DNA of 64,000 nucleotides, taken from contig OX597815.1 of assembly GCA_951406725.2 (NCBI GenBank), forward strand, positions 131,688,001 through 131,752,000, in the 5' to 3' direction. Position numbers and translations under genes: made by a program. This DNA is from Octopus vulgaris. Taxonomy: Eukaryota. Of the stretch, positions 28,029 through 40,983 are shown piece after piece. The number at the start of each line of letters is the position of its first letter. Within the stretch, counting starts at the first letter, position 1. Below the pieces are notes generated by a model. It had not been told where the DNA came from. It made no database searches and saw nothing but the letters and a program-made list of their open reading frames with translations.

Positions 28029-29724
28029 ATATATATACATATATTCATACACACACACACACAAATACACACACACACACACACAGACACACACATACAC
28101 ACATATATATATACATACACATATAACTAGTAATGTTTGTCGCCAGTTCTGCATGGCTAAGGCGATAGTAGAAAACACTGGCCCAAGGTGCTACGCACTG
28201 GGATTGAATACGGAACCATGTAGTTGGTAAGCAAGCTATTCCTCAGACGTTCTTACAACTTTGGTCGTCGTAATACTCTGCCTTCATTTGTTTAATAAAA
28301 ATTCCTCCTCCTAATGATTTTGCTTTAATTTCGTGATAAACAATTATGATGCAGAAAATGCCAGCTATCACGTAGAGAATGCATGCTTCCAAATCCTGTT
28401 TTCTGATTAGCTAAAATTGATTAAACTTTAAACCTGAGTAACATTTTTCTGCAATTTTTCTGGGACAAATAAATAATAAAATCAGATTAAAACTCGGAAA
28501 AATTTTCAATATATCAAAATTGAAAATTTTAACATAATTTTTAAATCTCACATTAGAAGACCCTACAAAAGTAGAGAGACATACAGTTATATGAGGTCAC
28601 ACAAACAGTCACAAACACACACATACACACACACACATTTACAAACATACAAACAGTTGATCACGAGTTTAAAATGGTGTATAGTAGACATCTGTACGTA
28701 TGTATGTATGTATGTATGTATGTATGTATGTATGTATGTATGTATGTATGTATGTATGTATGTATGTATGTATGTCATTTTTCAGTTTTATTTCAAGATT
28801 TCTTTCCAATAGAGAAAGAGCGGATCTCTAACTTAGATTCAAGGCTCTTTCATTCAAATCTCAACATCAAGATGAGGGTATTTTTGTATATAAGTATGTA
28901 TGTATATGTGCAGATTTGTATGTTTTGCTTTATGTATGTATAGTCATGCACAGAGTTGTATATATAGACATGCTCATATATATTTAAAGAATAAACTTTT
29001 TTACAGTTCCAGTGATGTAGTCTTGGAAGCCTAATTTCTCAAGATTGGTATTTGGACAGTGTGTTAAATATGCCAATGACCCAATAATTACAGGTATAAA
29101 TTTGAACTTGTAATCTGAATGGAGTAGCTGCATCGGGTTATGTGTGTATATAATATATGTATGTATGTATGTTGTACGTATGCATGTAAGTTGTACGTAT
29201 GTATTTATACATTTATATATACGTACGTGTGCGGGTGTATGTCTTTTCTGAGTGTTTTTATTTTGCGATGGACATCAGAAAAGGCACATACTCCCTCTCT
29301 CCTTAAAGCTACGTATTCATCATTCCCACCTTTCCGTGTGTGTGCGTGTGTGTATTTGCATGTGTGTGCATATGTGTGTAAATGTGCTGTGTCTATGTAT
29401 TTACAAAAGTATGCATGCAGCGTGATGTGTATACGACAGCTGTATTAACGTTACATCGCATTTCTATTCAATATTTGTCTCTTACACAACGCTGTTCCCG
29501 CGTTCCCTGATATGTATCCCCCTCAACCTGCTACTGCGTTTCCTTCCGACTGATACCCTTTGTACCCCTCTCCTTTTCTTATGAAATACCCTCAAACACC
29601 ACCCCTGGCGGGCATATTGTAGATTTTTATTGTAATCCAATTAGTCTATTATTGATCTGAATGCTAGTGTAAAATTATATATATATATCGGAGTAAATGC
29701 GCTTGGCACTGTTTATGTAAAATC

Positions 29725-29876
29725 ACAATTTAGGTTAGTTGAAATATGTTTGTCACATATTTCAAATGCTAAAGGCAAATACACTGCATTTCTCATGGAG
29801 AACTCCACAGTAACTGCTGTGTATTTGCCCTTAGCAATTGAAATATGACAAACATATTTAAACTAACCTAAATTGT
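29725..29876. repeat. ~150-bp imperfect foldback palindrome
   Basis: acaatttaggttagtt...tggag-aa-ctcca...aactaacctaaattgt. Confidence 0.85.
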
Positions 29877-29894
29877 CAATATAAATATTATATG

Positions 29895-29974
<80 letters not shown>

Positions 29975-30177
29975 TACGCTATATGTAAACAAGGACAAGT
30001 TTATTTTTCAAGCGCTTAAATGTACTGTAGAACAAGGAGAAAGATATATTTTTCAACGTGTAAATACTGATAGAACAGCATATATACGATAAAATCCTTA
30101 CAGATCGGTTCTATCAGTATTTGCCAGTTGAAAAATTCTTTCTGCCTGTGCTATATATATATATATATATATATATA

Positions 30178-30574
30178 CTAGCAGTATCGCCCGGCGTTGC
30201 TCGGGTTTGTAAGGGAAATAACTATAAAGCATTTTTAGAGAGTTATAGCCAAAAAATAGCAAAACAATGCATTAACAATGGGAAAAAAATGATGGTAAAT
30301 GTTTTTTTAAATCGTTGACTCATCGTAGACATTTTTAGAGAGTTACTTCTCTTATATAATAGCGAAAGAAATGCATTAAAATGGAAAAAATGATGGTAAA
30401 TTATTTTTTAAATCGTAGACTCATCGTAGACGCGCGCTAATACCCAGAAGAGCTCGATACGAATCACGACTATAAGATAGCCGGTTTTGGTTAAACTGTA
30501 CCGCAAAATGTGGGAGTAGTTAGGAATCTAAATTGTAGGAGACAGACACACAACTTCACTTTTATATATAAAGA
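30178..30574 (-). mobile_element. Non-autonomous Helitron-like element
   Basis: CTAG-cagtatcg-CCCGGCGTTGCTCGGG hairpin end; other end ttttatatataaaGA. Confidence 0.75.
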
Positions 30575-30599
30575 TATATATATATATAAGCTATATTGT

Positions 30600-31740
30600 A
30601 GATGGGGCAATTAAAAAAATTAATGATGTCCTACATACATATACCGACACCAGGAGACCTTAAACTAAGGCCTACTGTAGCTGGACACTACCCATCTTCG
30701 CTTATACCTGATGGGATAAAACATGCCAGAAAAGTAAAAGACAAACAGTTAATGATGTCAAACAAAATAACACAACCACTCTAGAATTATTACCTAAAAT
30801 TATTACCTACATACAACCCCAGAAACAACGAACCCTATAAGACTATTATCCAAAACCTTCCAATACTACATAAGGACCCTAATCTATATGAAATGCTAAG
30901 CACCCATAAACTTATTAAAAATAACAAACAGCCAAAATCACTGAAGTGGACACTCGCAAATAGAAAATTATACTAAAAAGTAATGGAAGCAAGAGTTAAA
31001 CACTGTGAACGACCAAACTGTGGAACATGTTACAACATAATTGGAGGTCCAGAATTCTATTTTAAATAAGGACAAATATTTGAAATGAAAACTGACTTCA
31101 CTTTCGCCTCTGAAAACCTCATCTTCGTTATGTTCCTGTTGCAGTAGGAACTATACAGGTTCCACAGGAATATTCCTAAGACGTAGGTCTACACAACACA
31201 AACAACAAATTTATCACCCACAATACCGTAAAATACCTCTTAATGGCCACATATGACAGATGTGCTAATGAACGCCAACCACAATTCACAATATAACCAC
31301 TATACCAATGCACGGAAAAGGCCTCAAATAAAAAATAACTAAACCAAGAGGCTACATTTATTGAAAAATACAAAACAGAATTTAACATGAATATATAATG
31401 AACTTCAAAAATAAAAAAAGGCAGCCATAAAATAATAGAAGAAAAGATTTACGTCCCTTTAGCTCAGAAATACTGTTTTCCCTTATTTTTCTCTTTAGCT
31501 AAAAAAACAAAACATTATCCCCCTTGAGTTGTACTCTCGTGCATAACAAGCAAAACTATTGCATACCTACACAGGATTAATCAAAACCTTATGATATCAT
31601 AACATTGAGTCATGATTAGTAACGCGTAACCGGTTGACTCTGTACATAGTACATATTGTAATGGACTAAACAATCTTTATCTACTCAAACAGGATTTCTG
31701 TACTTTTCAATTGAAAAATAATTATACATATAAATATATA
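30600..31740 (+). mobile_element. Internally deleted Penelope-like element (RT start, linker, GIY-YIG, pLTR)
   Basis: DLKLRPTVAG; TYNPRNN...KQPKSL; CERPNCGTC; ASENLIF; related to the 52500-54260 element. Confidence 0.8.
31607..31640 (+). ncRNA. Minimal hammerhead relic with A3-U8 core
   Basis: GAGTC-ATGATTA-GT-aac-GC-GTAA-CCGG-TT-GACTC; perfect 5-bp stem I; A13 mutated to U. Confidence 0.6.
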
Positions 31741-31761
31741 TATATATATTTTTTTTCTCTC

Positions 31762-34500
31762 TAGTTTCAGTTCAGAGCTGCGGCCATGCTGATGCACCGC
31801 CGTTTTGTGCTATACTGTTATTGCGAAGAACCTCGTCTAATATGTGGCAGTTGGTGAAGAATGGAGTTTGATATAGCTACTCTCATTTGCACCTCTTGCC
31901 GTGAGGTAGGTTCATCTGGGACTCTCGACAGGAAGATGTCCAGCTTTTATTTAAAAACCGCTACATCTACTTTGTGCAAGTTCCTCAGATTCTTTGGGAG
32001 AATATTAAAAAGCTGTGGGCCCTTGAAACCCAGGCTGTTGCAGAAGCTGGTCCTGAGGCGTGATGGCATTGCTGGGATCTTTGGCACTATGCAGTGTCGT
32101 CCCGTTCTAGCATTGGTGTAGCTTACAATGCCAAAATTTGGCACAATTCCTTCCAGGATCTTCCAGACATATATTACTGCATACCTCTCCTGTCTTCTCT
32201 CCGGGGAGTAGAGTCTTAGCTGTTTCAAACTTTCCCAGTAGCTGAGCTGTTGCAAAGAGACAATCTTCTTTGTGAATCTTCTCTGGTTTGCTTCAAGGTC
32301 CGCTGTTAATTTTACAGTGGTGGGTGACCATAGCTGTGAGCAGTAATCCAGGCGGCTGAGGACGAATGTCCGCCAGCGGACCATCATGGTTTCCTTATCT
32401 CTGGTTCTGAATGTTCTTAGGATCCACCCAGCCAGTCGTCTGCACTTTGTCGCCATCCTGGTAATGTGCACTTGGAAAGAGGTATCATCACTCATGTCGA
32501 TACCCAGGTCCCTCACAGACTTAGGCTCTGGGATTGAAATTCCCTGTGGACCGGTGTATCCTGTAAGTTTAATATTCAGTTTTGGATGCAGGTAGCGCAG
32601 GGCCTGGAATTTTTAAGCATTAAACTGCATATTATTATCCTCAGCCCATCTGTAGATTGGGTCCAACTCATGCTGCAGGTGTGCAACATCGCTGGGGTTG
32701 TGTATTTTCTGCGAGACTTTCGTATCGTCTGCATAGCTGTTGTTTTTGTAAAATCTCAGAAAATAATTAAAAATTCACATTTTTTATCAAATTATTTTGT
32801 TATATTTTTCTATCTATCCGGGCATTTGAGGGCATATCTGAGAGGGCCACTATAAAAAGCAGTGGTCCCTGCGGAACACCGCTCACTATTTGTGTGTTCA
32901 TAGAGGTGGCTCCATTAACCACTACTGCCTGACTCCTATCTTTCAGGAAGTCATGTAACCACACTCCAAGTTTTCCAGCTATGCCGAGGTCACGCAGTTT
33001 GTGACATATCATACCATGATCCACCTTGTCAAAAGCTTTTGCAAAATCAAGGTAGATTACATCCACATTTGATTTGTTGAGTAACTGCCTCAACACCCAG
33101 TCATAATGTTGTAAGAGCTAGGTCAAGCAGCTCCTATCTGGTCGAAAACCATGCTGGGTATCACTCAACAAGTTATTTTCCTCAAGGAATGCGATTAGTT
33201 TCTTTCTGACTATCCGTTCCATGACTTTGCTGATGTGTGAAGTCAGAGAGATAGGCCTATAGTTTTTGGCATCTCTCTACTTCCCCCTTTATGTATTGGG
33301 CATATTATTCCCTCCTTCAGCTTGCTTGGCAGTTTGCCATTCGCTACTAAGCTCTGGAAGAGAATCTTGAGGGGTTTTGCCAGGGCATGCTTACACGCTT
33401 TGTGGAGGATGGCTGGGAAACCATCTGGACCAGCAGCTGAGTTTGTCTCCACTTCATCTATGGCTAGTAGGACATCTTTTTCGCTAATGTCAATACGTTC
33501 TATTGTAACCGCCTCGCTGTTTATAGGTGAAGCGGCAAAAAAGTCCACTGGTTCGTTCACTTGTCTGTGTTCCAAAAGAGTGGTAAAGACATTTTTGAAC
33601 TGGTCATTCAGCATCTCACTGATCTTAGTTGGACTGTCTGTGAGGGAGCCATCTTTTTGGAGGAGGGGTCCTATCTTGTAGTGCACTAAGACTGCTTCTT
33701 TCACGTAATGAAAGAAGGCCTTTGATTTGATTTAATATTTTTTATAACCCAAGCTTCTTTGTCTGCTTTCTCCTTCACATAGGATAGTTGCAGCCTTTTT
33801 TTGATCTCCATCAGTGTTGTTTTTAGGCGGGACGTTTCGCTACTTTTGGGATGTTGGTTGAGTTGATTTGCAGCCTTCGTCCGTCGTCTCATGAGGATCT
33901 TCCTGTCTCTTGGAATATTGCTCCTATTTGTTTTGGCCTTGTGCTCTGGGACATATTTCTGGCATACGGCTTGCACAGAAGACATGAAACATTCTAGTTT
34001 CATATCAATGTCTGGTGTGCAGAGACATTCCGGCCAGTCCTCTCTGAGGATCTCTTTTTGGATCGATTTCCAATCTGCTTTATGGAAGTTCAGATTGGAG
34101 AGATTTCGAGTGCTTCTTTAGGCTGTATGTCTCTGGTTACTTTTGGCCCAAACATAGACAGCTCTATTATTTCTGAAGTGTACTGGGTGGCAATGGGGTT
34201 CTCTGCTGTTTGTGTGGTGGGTTGGGGTTTCAGCTTTGGTTGTTTTGCCTTTTCCTCCTTTTCCCTCATTTTTGTTTTCGGTCCTTCCTTTTTTCTTCTG
34301 CTTTTCTAATTTTTCATTTCTTTGTTGGACCACTGGTACAGGGAGGCTTCCGGCTTCTGCTCCCTTGGCTCCCCTATCCTTCACTACCTGGTCGTTCACC
34401 GGGGTAGGTGATCCATTTTCCTGAGGAACCCCTGGATCACAGAGACTTCTGGCTTCCTTCTCTTTTTCGTCCCCTACATCCTCATCAGCCTTGCCACAAT
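31762..34500 (-). mobile_element. CR1-type LINE, ORF2 reverse transcriptase pseudogene plus a probable 5'/ORF1 remnant (34140-34500)
   Basis: SAAGPDG, DVIYLDFAKAFDKVDH, SGVPQG, YADD, RDLGI, RLDYCSQLWSP; frameshifts and stops. Confidence 0.95.
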
Positions 34501-34536
34501 AATTTTCAATTATGTGATCCAGTGTTTTGATGTGTG

Positions 34537-34581
<45 letters not shown>

Positions 34582-34980
34582 TCTTTTACTCTTTTACTTG
34601 TTTCAGTCATTTGACTGCGGCCATGCTGGAGCACCACCTTTAATCGAGCAACTCGACCTCGGGACTTATTCTTTTGTAAGCCTACTACTTATTCTATCGG
34701 TCTCTTTTGCCGAACCGCTAAGTAACGGGGACATAAACACACCAGCATCGGTTGTCAAGCAATGCTACGGGGACAAACACAGACGCACAAACACACACAC
34801 GCATATATATATATACATATATACGACGGGCTTCTTTCAGTTTCCGTCTACCAAATCCACTCACAAGGCTTTGGTCGGCCCAAGACTATAGTAGAAGACA
34901 CTTGCCCAAGGTGCCACGCAGTGGGACTAAACCCGGAACCATGTGGTTGGTAAACAAGCTACTTACCACACAGCCACTCC
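34582..34980 (-). mobile_element. SINE family A, full length
   Basis: Reverse complement of the 25727 and 39799 copies. Confidence 0.93.
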
Positions 34981-35227
34981 TGTATTATATTAAATTAGAG
35001 ACAAAACCACTATTAGGCAAATCAAACAATGAAAAACTTAAGCCAATACATAATATTATTTAATTAATATTATTTAAATATATAACAAAATTATTAAAAA
35101 AATATAATTAATATCACATTAATAAGTTTCAAAATTAATTCCTTTCTAGAAGGCACTGGAATATCCTTCAATGATGAATTCCAAAATAGCGGTTCTATCT
35201 TACCTCTAAATATATATATATATATAC

Positions 35228-35315
<88 letters not shown>

Positions 35316-35349
35316 GTGTGTGTGTATATGTAAATTCAAAAGAAATATT

Positions 35350-35785
35350 TTCATGAACAGCGACTGCTACCATCCACTGTGAGTCATTTTAGGGGCAGCA
35401 GCTCAGCTGAACGTTCAACATACTACTGTCATGGCACTCCCACATTCTCCTTCCTCTTCTCCTTCTCCTCCTTCTCCTTCTCCTCCTCCTTCTTCTTCTT
35501 CTTCTTCTTCTTCTTCTTCTTCTTCTTCCCTACCAAACATTCACAGCGACCTCGAACCCAAAAGATTAAACAAGAGAGACAGAGACAGGCAAAAACAAGG
35601 AAAATGCTACTTGTATTCGAACTCTATACAAATATTCTTTAAAAAAAAATTTCTTTTAATTTTTCTAAATTTAATTGTTTAATTGTTACTGTTAAAAAAG
35701 TCTCAATGACTGAAACCAGTACTGAAATGTTTTTTTATAAAATTATCTTAGCATTTCTATCTTTACTTTTTTTCCACATATATAT
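35350..35785 (+). mobile_element. Solo pseudo-LTR of the 51830-54595 PLE family with (TTC)n tract and mutated HHR (35689-35724)
   Basis: Homologous to 51830-52260 (-) and 54262-54595 (+); HHR core TTAAAAA has lost G5. Confidence 0.88.
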
Positions 35786-35799
35786 ATTTTTTTTTTGTG

Positions 35800-36625
35800 G
35801 AGGGGGCCAGTCGATTAGATCGACTCCAGTACGCAAATGGTACTTAACTTATCAATCCCGAAAGTGTGAGAGGCAAAGTTGACCTCAGCGGGATTTGAAC
35901 TTCAGTCAATATATTGCTGCCATGCTGGAGAGCTGCATTACTGGAATTTAGTCGAACGAATCACTGTTATAATTATATTTAATTTTTCATCGAACCGCTG
36001 AGTTATAAGAACGTAAACACACCGACACCAGTTGCGAAACTGCAGTGGGTGACAAACGCAGACACAAAGACATGCACGGGCGCGCGTGCCACACATGCAC
36101 GGGCACATGCGCGCGCACGCACACACAAAACCATATGCATATGAGTGCTTTTTTCAGTTTAATTTTACTGAATCCACTCATAAAGCTTTGGTTGACCTGA
36201 GGCTATAGTGCCACGCAGTGGGACTGAACCGGGAACCATGTAATTTGTAAGCAAACATCTTATAATACTACTACATCTGCGCCTATAAAATGGATAAAGC
36301 TCATACAGACTTTTCCTAGTCATACAGACTCATAGGCCCAGTTTCTCAGTTTCCGTGACGCATGTATTCCCTATTGGACGTGACGCCGATTCGTCGTAAG
36401 AATTACTCGGTTTTTCCAGCTAAGAGGACAGAGGCAACATGAAATGAAGTGTTTTGCTTTAGAACATAATGCATTACCCGTTCAAGAAATCAACACCACA
36501 ATCTTACTATCACAGGTCGTAAGAGGGTGGTTCACATGGTCGACGTTGCTAGGATTTGAACTGAGAATGTAAAGCCGGAAGAACTGCTGCAAAACCTTTT
36601 GTTCGGTGCGTTAGCGATTCTGCTT
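35800..36625 (-). mobile_element. Cluster of degenerate SINE fragments (B, A, C, B)
   Basis: Recognisable family-specific motifs in succession. Confidence 0.7.
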
Positions 36626-37490
36626 CTTGTATAAATATATATATGTACGCAGGTATTTGAGCAGATAGTTTCGCACACACATACTGACACGTTTATAGCG
36701 TTAAACTCTGAGTAAATAAGCAAGTCTTCAGACGTAGTCACCTACATTGTGGTTGCTTGTTTACGAAGACATAGTGCAATGCTTCTGTTGAATACTATGT
36801 GTTTGATATAGATTCTTGGGCTTTGTACTTTGTGAATCAGAAGAAAGTATTTACAAAAGTATAATACTATAACGGAAATATGAATCGATAAATACAATGT
36901 GTTTTCTTCAATCATACTCACCATAATAATTGCAATTCTATTCATTCCGAAATTCAAAATTTCTAATTTCATATAACTCTCCAGAGCGTTATAGTTTTTG
37001 AATGAATTTAATGCCATATAATTTCATTAAATTTGTTAATATTAGTCTAAAGATATGTCCAATAACAAAGAAGATTAATGGATGTATCCAAAGAAGTTCT
37101 TGGTTATGATCCAACACAAAAGTAGGCAATTCTTTGAAGGGAAGAAGACTGAATGCACCTCAATATGTAACTGGTAATTAATATTCTACCTACGATTAAA
37201 TAGACTTTAGAAAAGTGAGAAAAAAGTTTAAGTAGGGATTTTCTAGCTATGCAATTGATATATTTCCCAATCTGCATTAATCCATATAAATATAGATGAG
37301 AGAATTCTTCAGAAGACGCCCTCGGTGTTTGCAGATACGTTGCAATATTCAGAATCGATTGTATAATTGAAATTGTAGGAATATGTGTGCTCGTCTGAAA
37401 TACGCGTTCACATACATGGATAACATGTCTGTCGAACGTTCGAACTTAGTAAATCGAACACATTGTTAGATCAATTAGTGATTCATTCAA

Positions 37491-37885
37491 GGCGGCGAGC
37501 TGGCAGAAACGTTAGTACGCCGGGCGAAATGCTTTGCGGTATTTCGTCCACCGCTACGGTCTGAGTTCAAATTCCACCGAGGTTGACTTTGCCTTTCATC
37601 CTTTCGGGGTCGATTAAATAAGTACCAGTTACGCACTGGGATCGATATAATCGACTTAATCCGTGTGTCTGTTCTTGTTTGTCCTCTCTGTGTTTAGCCC
37701 CTTGTGGGTAGTAAAGAAATAGGTATTTCGTCTGTCTTTATGTTCAGAGTTCAAATTCCGCCGAGATCGGCTTTGCTTTCATCCTTTTGGGGTCGATAAA
37801 TTAAGTACCAGTTGCTTACTGGGGTCGACTTATCGGCTGGCACCTCCCCCAAACTTTTGGGACGTGTGCCTAGATTAGAAAAGAA
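37491..37885 (+). mobile_element. SINE family B with duplicated central domain
   Basis: ggcggcgagctggcagaaacgttag head; two copies of gagttcaaattcc...ctttcatcct...ggggtcga...aagtaccagtt. Confidence 0.9.
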
Positions 37886-38448
37886 TTATTGATTCATTCG
37901 ATTTTTTTAGCACTATTTCAGTCTTAGAAATCGAATATTTCAAACCTTAGCAATACACACAACATATGAAATTTCCTGAAGAATTTTAAGATTTGTTTTA
38001 CAAACATTTATTCGTCAATGTATATAAATTATTTAGAATAACTGGAAAGTATATTCTAGTTTAGTATACCTCTTATTAAGATAAATGGGTCTCAGTATTA
38101 TGACAGATTTTATATTGACGCAACTTATTTCCTGTATTAAAAATTGGTAGTCTCGCGTATTATTTGAATGTCTATAACAAATTTTAATTCGAATTTAAGA
38201 GAAATGAAATGAATTTGAGATGAACGGTCAATGGCTGGTGTTGACGACATACGAATTCTAATGTTCCAATGACTCTTCTAATAATAGATACGAGAACAAT
38301 GAAACTATAAAACGTGTGGTATTATTTCTATAATTCTCTACTCCAAACTCTTATACAACACATGTATTTGTTCGTCTACTCTCAGTTTAAATGTCGTATT
38401 TTCTTCTACCGCAAGTGTACGTAAATACACATAGTAGTGCATAGAAAT

Positions 38449-38489
<41 letters not shown>

Positions 38490-38663
38490 CGGTCTTATAA
38501 TCTGTGTACGTACGGTAGTATATACGTGTGTATGGATGGATGGATGGATGGATGTACGAACGTACGCATTATATACAAGATACTTTTAAATGCACAGACG
38601 TAGCTAATTAGCAAGTATGCTTTTCAAACACACGATTCCAGATTCAGTGTGTGTGTGCGTGAA

Positions 38664-38758
<95 letters not shown>

Positions 38759-39082
38759 GTATGTATGTATATATATATATATTTATATATATATATATAT
38801 ATATATGTAAGTATGTATATATATATATATATATATCTGTATGTATGTATATATATTAGCGTCGTATTTTTACGTTCGTTATTTCCAGTAAATATCGGTA
38901 CTTAGTTGTGCCATTTATTTACTAATTTGTGTATTTTTCCCTCACGGGCTACGTTTTACTGGAAGGCAATACTTTGTATTGCATTACTGATATTTTGAAA
39001 CTTCTTCACCGTTTCTCGTACTGTTAGCGTTCCGTATTTCAGTCGAGTGTGTGGTAACATCGTAGATTTCGTCTTGGTATAT

Positions 39083-39147
39083 GTTCTGAAGAATAACAAA
39101 ATATGGTAGAGACATATCTTGCAAAACCTGAAGCCTGCAGGTACCAC
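39083..39147 (+). ncRNA. Type I hammerhead, unit 1, degenerate
   Basis: CTGAAGA...ACCT-GAAG-CCTGCAGG-TA-CCAC; 5' strands of stems I and II damaged, A15.1 changed to G. Confidence 0.6.
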
Positions 39148-39505
39148 ATTATCCATTTTCCGGGTGTTTCATCTTTCAGATGTTCTCCCTGGAGGTAAGA
39201 CGGTTTTTTTCTATTTTGTTGCACACAGGCATTTTTGCTAATACATACGCAGTGAAGCTACACATTAGCGTCGTATTTTTACGTTCGCTATTTCCAGTAA
39301 ATGTCGGTACTTAGTTGTGCCATTTATTTACTAATTTGTGTATTTTTCCCTCACGGGCTACTTTTACTGGAAGGCAATACTTTGTATTGCATTACTGATA
39401 TTTTGAAACTTCTTCACCGTTTCTCGTACTGTTAGCGTTCCGTATTTCAGTCGAGTGTGTTAGTATTAATGTGGTAACATCGTAGATTTCGTCTTGGTAT
39501 ATGTT

Positions 39506-39575
39506 TGGCTGAACAAGGTAAAGCAAAATATGGGTGAGAGACATATCTTGCAAAACCTGAAACCTGCAGGTACCA
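39506..39575 (+). ncRNA. Type I hammerhead, unit 2, G8 changed to C
   Basis: TGG-CTGAACA-AGGT-aaa-GCAA...TTGC-aaa-ACCT-GAAA-CCTGCAGG-TA-CCA; palindromic stem III ACCTGCAGGT. Confidence 0.75.
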
Positions 39576-39765
39576 CTTTATCCATTTTCCGGGTGTTTCA
39601 TCTTTCAGATGTTCTCCCTGGGGGTAAGACGGTTTTTTTTCTCTATTTTGTTGCACACACGCATTTTTGCTAATACATACGCGGTGAAGCTACACATTAG
39701 CGTCGTATTTTTACGTTCGCTATTTCCAGTAAATGTCGGTACTTATTTGTGCCATTTATTTACTA

Positions 39766-39798
<33 letters not shown>

Positions 39799-39800
<2 letters not shown>

Positions 39801-40208
39801 CGCAGGAGTGGCTGTGTGGTAAGTAGCTTGCTAACCAACCACATGGTTCCGGGTTCAGTCCCACTGCGTGGCATCTAGGGCAAGTGTCTTCTGCTATAGT
39901 CCCGGGCCGACCAATGCCTTGTGAGTGGATTTGGTAGACGGAAACTGAAAGAAGCCTGTCGTATATATGTACATATATATATATGTATGTGTGTATGTGT
40001 TTGTGTGTCTGTGTTTGTCCCCCTAGCATTGCTTGACAATCGATGCTGGTGTGTTTACGTCCTCGTCACTTAGCGGTTCGGCAAAAGAGACCGATAGAAT
40101 AAGTACTGGGCTTACAAAGAATAAGTCCCGGGGTCGATTTGCTCGACTAAAGTCCGTGCTCCAGCATGGCCGCAGTCAAATGACTGATACAAGTAAAAGA
40201 GTAAAAGA

Positions 40209-40210
<2 letters not shown>
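39799..40210 (+). mobile_element. SINE family A, full length
   Basis: ggcgcaggagtggctgtgtgg...gtaaaagagtaaaagag. Confidence 0.95.
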
Positions 40211-40261
<51 letters not shown>

Positions 40262-40264
<3 letters not shown>

Positions 40265-40580
40265 GCAGTATCGTCCGGCTTTGCTCGAGTCTGTTTCGAT
40301 CCTTTAGAATTGGAATTTTTGAAAAGTAAAAATTTTGCAATATGTAGCTTGTTATTCTCTTTAAGTGAACATTTTCTGGTTGAAATACACCGAAAATGGC
40401 GTATAAAATAGGTATTTTTTCTTGTCAATTATTTTTGGTGTTAACATGGTCCGATTTGAATTTTTTCTTCTCCGGAATTTAGATACAAAAACATTTGCTT
40501 TTCTACCCGTTCAAATATAAACATCTTGTGCAATACAAGGCGTATTCTATACGGAAGTTATCCGATTCTCATCTATGAAC
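40262..40580 (-). mobile_element. Diverged non-autonomous Helitron-like element
   Basis: tagcagtatcgtccggctttgctcgag end matches the 23339 and 30178 copies. Confidence 0.6.
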
Positions 40581-40629
40581 TATATACACATGTACACGCA
40601 CACGCACACACAAACATATTTATATGTAC

Positions 40630-40696
<67 letters not shown>

Positions 40697-40771
40697 GATA
40701 TATAAACACATATATATACATATATACCTATATTTATAAAATGACATATATATATATATATGGGTGTGTGT

Positions 40772-40840
<69 letters not shown>

Positions 40841-40947
40841 TGTGTGAGTGTGTGAGTAGTTGGAATTTAAAGAAAAACAAAGGGCGAAGACAGCTGTATG
40901 AACAAAAAGCATGTGTATTAGTTTGACGCTCGGTAAAAATGAAAGAT

Positions 40948-40983
40948 CTTTTACGTTTCGAGCCTACGCGCTTCAGCAGAAAG
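40948..40983 (-). ncRNA. Minimal hammerhead variant (A6C, extra A after A9, stem III ACGU)
   Basis: Minus strand CTTT-CTGCTGA-A-GCGC-gtag-GCTC-GAAA-CG-TA-AAAG; sister copies have GAGC/GCTC stem II. Confidence 0.55.

Larger units (their letters stand above)
38855..39769 (+). repeat. Tandem array of 409-bp and 432-bp units plus a 74-bp partial unit, one HHR per full unit (retrozyme or tandem pLTR-like)
   Basis: Unit starts attagcgtcgtatttttacg at 38855, 39264, 39696. Confidence 0.92.

Noticed and set aside
35000-35210. Possible minus-strand HHR (tgaagga-tattcc...ggaat...gaaac)
   Set aside because: Core and stem III are too degenerate to call
38855-39769. CRISPR-like or LTR-retrotransposon interpretation of the tandem array
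   Set aside because: Units are ~420 bp without spacers, with no TG...CA ends or primer-binding site seen, in eukaryotic DNA
39799-39870. tRNA-like A and B boxes
   Set aside because: These are SINE heads, not tRNA genes; no complete cloverleaf seen
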